Source: the human T2T-CHM13v2.0 reference genome, Homo sapiens
NCBI RefSeq assembly: GCF_009914755.1
Contig: NC_060930.1
Reading direction: 5' to 3' (one strand)
DNA length: 64,000 nt
Shown here: in pieces, positions 60,696 to 64,000 of the stretch
Position numbering within the stretch: the first letter of the stretch is position 1
How the letters are laid out: the number at the start of each line of letters is the position of its first letter
Program-made: the position numbers and the translations under genes
The notes under the pieces: model-generated
What the model saw: only the letters and a program-made list of their open reading frames with translations
Told to the model about the DNA's origin: nothing
Database searches by the model: none

Positions 60696-60944
60696 AAGCT
60701 TTCATGTCAATTTCAAACAAAAGCAATAGCACTTCTGGTAAAAACAATCTAATGATTCCAGAACAAGGTTACAATAATATTTTTAGTGTGTAGTTGATGA
60801 ATTATTTCAGTAAATATAGGCAGAAACCACAAATACTAAGGTCTTCCTTGTAGCAAATAGAGACTTAAGTTATAGTATTGCTGAGAGCTTGATTGGCAGT
60901 TACAAATTCAGTGATCGCTATGGCTTAAAAAGAAGCAGAGGAAT

Positions 60945-61242
60945 GCCAGGTGCAGTGGCTCATGCCTATCATCCCAGCACTTTGGGAAGCCAAGGTGGGA
61001 GGATCACTTTAGGCCAGGAGTTTGAAACCAGCCTGGGCAACATAGCAAGACCCCGTCTATACAAAAATAATAATTAAAAGATTAGCTGGGCATGGTGGTG
61101 CATGCCCATAGTCCCAGCTACTCAGGAGGCTGAGATGGGAGGATTGCTTGAGCCCAGGAGTTCAAGGCTGCAGTGACTATGATCATACCACTGCACTCCA
61201 GCCTGGGCCACAGAGCAAGACCTTGTCTCAAAAAAAAAAAAA
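60945..61242 (+). mobile_element. AluJ followed by (CA)n at 61249-61290
   Basis: Dimeric Alu with J diagnostics. Confidence 0.93.
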
Positions 61243-61255
61243 AGTATTACACACA

Positions 61256-61290
<35 letters not shown>

Positions 61291-62349
61291 CCAGCTATCC
61301 AAGTTTTGAGTTAATTTTTCATTTTATATTAAGCATTAAACACCCCAAATGTATATTTGCTTAAGAAAAAATGCTAAATACATACTTTTAAAAAAGGGCA
61401 GTGAAGTTAGAAGATGAATGTTAGCAGGCAGATTCATCATACTTTTCCTTCAAATATTTTAAGAATAGTAAATCCACAGACAATGCTTCTTGCATATAGG
61501 GAAGTACATGTGTCTTGTCCATTGCTCTTTCTAGCAATATAGATAAATTCCTTTGTTCTACTCTGTCAATTTTCCTGCCCAATTGCATATTTGTCCTTAA
61601 TAATCAGTAGTTTACAAAATTTATTCTGTCTAAAAATTGTAATTTAGAGTGTTCGTAGCTTCCCCAAAACTATGAATGACATTATCTCCTTAATGATCAT
61701 TTTCTCTTTGCCCAGTTGTCAGGCAATAAAATTATTCAGTGTAGCATCAAAAGCCTCAGCCAAGGGCTGATAAAGTCAGATGAATCTACATACTTATGCA
61801 TAATTTTTTAACAGTGTCCAATATTCTTCTGAATTATTTTTGAATCATTACATCTTTCTGCTTTCATGAGCCACCAATGACATGCTTCATAAAATGACAA
61901 TTGCTGCAAAGTACCTGAAGTACAGTCTGTCTTTCCAAAACAAATTAATGGTAAGATATACCTATAGCAATGTAATGTTGTAAAACAAATGTAACAGAAC
62001 TTTATATAGTGATTTAATCTTTAAATCACGTTGGGAGTTAGTGTTTATGCCATCAAGGCTATCATTGCTCAAAACATTTCAAAAATTACTAAGTGAAAGC
62101 ATATTCAGAGCCATTTTATAAGTGACACAAGCAAAATAATTCTTATTTTTAATTCACACTTTTGTTTTCTGCTTATGTAGATCACCTATTTTTACTTTTG
62201 GCATCTAGATGACATTTGGCCCATTCAAAAAGAATTAATTGTGCTGGGGAAAAGTCTTTAGGTTTGGGAGTGAGAAAGCCTGATTATAGCGGGAGGGATT
62301 ACTAACTCTCCCTTTGATGATGGATTAGCATACCCCATCATGAGTAAGG

Positions 62350-62575
62350 ATAGCGATGGTTTGAGCAAGACAGTTGACAAGCTTGATGTAATTGATCAAG
62401 AACTCTGCACACAACAAGTAGATATTCATTCCTCTTAGGCAAATATGAAACATACACAAATATTGACTATTTACACAGTCACAAAAGAAGTTTTAAGAAC
62501 CACTGAAGGGTGATTTGATTTGCATTACATTTTCTCACTGTAGTGCAATGAAATTAGAAGTCAACATAACTACTC
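62350..62575 (+). mobile_element. Old L1 ORF2 (endonuclease-region) fragment
   Basis: GAACTCTGCACACAACAAGTAGATATTCATTC..CATTTTCTCACTGTAGTGCAATGAAATTAGAAGTCAAC. Confidence 0.6.
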
Positions 62576-62648
62576 TAAAGATAATGTGTTCTGGTTCCTA
62601 GCCTCCAGAAGCTGGAGGAAGCAAGGAATAACAACTTGTTATTAATAG

Positions 62649-63040
62649 AGTCATGTGCTACATAATGATGTTTCTGCCAACAGTGGGCCACATATATGAT
62701 GGTAATTCTGTGTAACTGTAATAGAGTTGAAGAATTCCTATAACCTAGTGATGTCACAGTTGTTGTGCTGTCATAGTGCAAATGCTTTACTCACAAGTTT
62801 GTGATGATGCTGGTGTAAACAAACCTACTGCACTGCCAGTTGTATATAAGTGTAGCACATATAATTATGTACAGTGCATAATGCTTGATAATGACAACAA
62901 ATGTCTATGTTACCGGTTTGTGGATTTACTATACTTTTAATCACCATTTTAGAGTGTACTGCTTCTACTTACTGTTTTTTAAAAGGTCACTGTAAAACAG
63001 CCTCAGTCAGTTCCTCCAGAAGGTATTCCAGAAGAAGACA
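62649..63040 (+). mobile_element. Tigger3 (Golem/MER7) 5' fragment
   Basis: AGTCATGTGCTACATAATGATGTTTC..GGTGTAAACAAACCTACTGCACTGCCAG..GGTATTCCAGAAGAAG. Confidence 0.8.
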
Positions 63041-63419
63041 CAAAAGATGGATAGATGAGCAAAGTTAACCAGGTCACTCAGTCAAATAGAATAGAATAAC
63101 GTTCTCAAACAAAAGACTTACAGAGAGACGTAAGGAGAGCAACTTGCTATCTAGCTAGATGCGTTTATGGAAGTGCAGAGATGGAGGAGAAGTGAGCCAG
63201 GAGACGAGGCTGGAAGGTGAAGCAGACCTCACAGAACCAGTCAATGCCTACAAAAGGTCAATGGGTTTTGTATTCCTCTTGATTGAGCCTCAGAACAAAC
63301 ATTTTCCCTTTCTGTTTTCTGTCAACTAATTTAGTGCTATTAATACATTAATAAACTACTACTTAATCTGAAAAATGCTAAAAGTATTTTTTCAAATACA
63401 AGGGACATTCTCAAGCAAT

Positions 63420-63642
63420 TGTGTAGTGGACTGCATAGTGGCTCCTCAAAAGATATGTCTATGTCCTAACTTCCAGAACCTGTGAACGTGACTTTATTTG
63501 AAAAAAAGATCTTTACAGGTGTAATTAAGTTAAGGATCTTAAGATGAGATACTCCTGGATGACCCAGGTGGGCCCTAAATCCAGTAAGTTTCCTTATGAG
63601 AGACAGAAGAGGAGAAAATAGACACACAGAAGAGAAGGCATG
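63420..63642 (+). mobile_element. MLT1B/C-type LTR 5' part
   Basis: TGTAGTGGACTGCATAGTGGCTCCTCAAAAGATATGTC..GTAATTAAGTTAAGGATCTT. Confidence 0.8.
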
Positions 63643-63993
63643 TGTCTTAGTCTGTTTTATGCTTCTCTAACAGAATATCTGAGACAGGGTAATTTATAAT
63701 GAATGAGAATGTATTTCTCATAGTTCTGGAGGTTGGTGGTCCACGATCAAGGTGCTGGCATCTGGTGAGGGCATTCTTCATGACTCAGGGAGGCAGGTGT
63801 CACATGGCAGAAGGGCAAAGAGAGAGCAAGAGGGGGTTCAAACTTGCCATTTTATCGCAACATTAATCCCACCCTTTGCAGTGGAGACCTCATGGCTTAA
63901 TCATGATTTAAAGGTCCCACCTCTTAATACTGTGATAATGGCAATGAAGTTTCAACATGAAGTTTTTAGAGGACAAACATTCAAACCATAGCA
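63643..63993 (-). mobile_element. MST-type MaLR LTR nested in MLT1
   Basis: TGTCTTAGTCTG..CATTCAAACCATAGCA; perfect 5-bp TSD GCATG at 63638-63642 and 63994-63998. Confidence 0.85.
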
Positions 63994-64000
63994 GCATGTG

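Overview
Human (primate) genomic DNA: about 20 Alu elements, L1/L2/MIR, MaLR and ERV1 LTRs and DNA-transposon relics, with no long genuine ORF. The only supportable protein-coding sequence is a 13-nt first coding segment (ATG GAC AAC GCC G|gtgggt, 30679-30691). It follows a TATA box and matches, from recall, the N-terminus MDNAVDGLDK... of PHACTR2, placing the window at the PHACTR2 locus (chr6q24). About 30.5 kb lies upstream of this promoter and 33 kb is its first intron. A 5'-truncated, TSD-flanked processed pseudogene of ANP32A lies at 954-1682. I see no novel multi-gene system. The least ordinary signal is a set of apparent template-switch scars: a ~235-bp copy of nearby sequence inside an AluJ, a 131-bp doublet, a 50-bp orphan Tigger copy, a nested fold-back/palindrome cluster at 36859-37076 and small fold-backs inside Alus. 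Also noted are a young AluYa5-like insertion, two uORFs in the putative PHACTR2 leader, a strong CTCF motif and an ISRE-like cluster. Repeat subfamily names and gene identities come from recall of consensus sequences, not from a search, and boundaries of old repeats are approximate.
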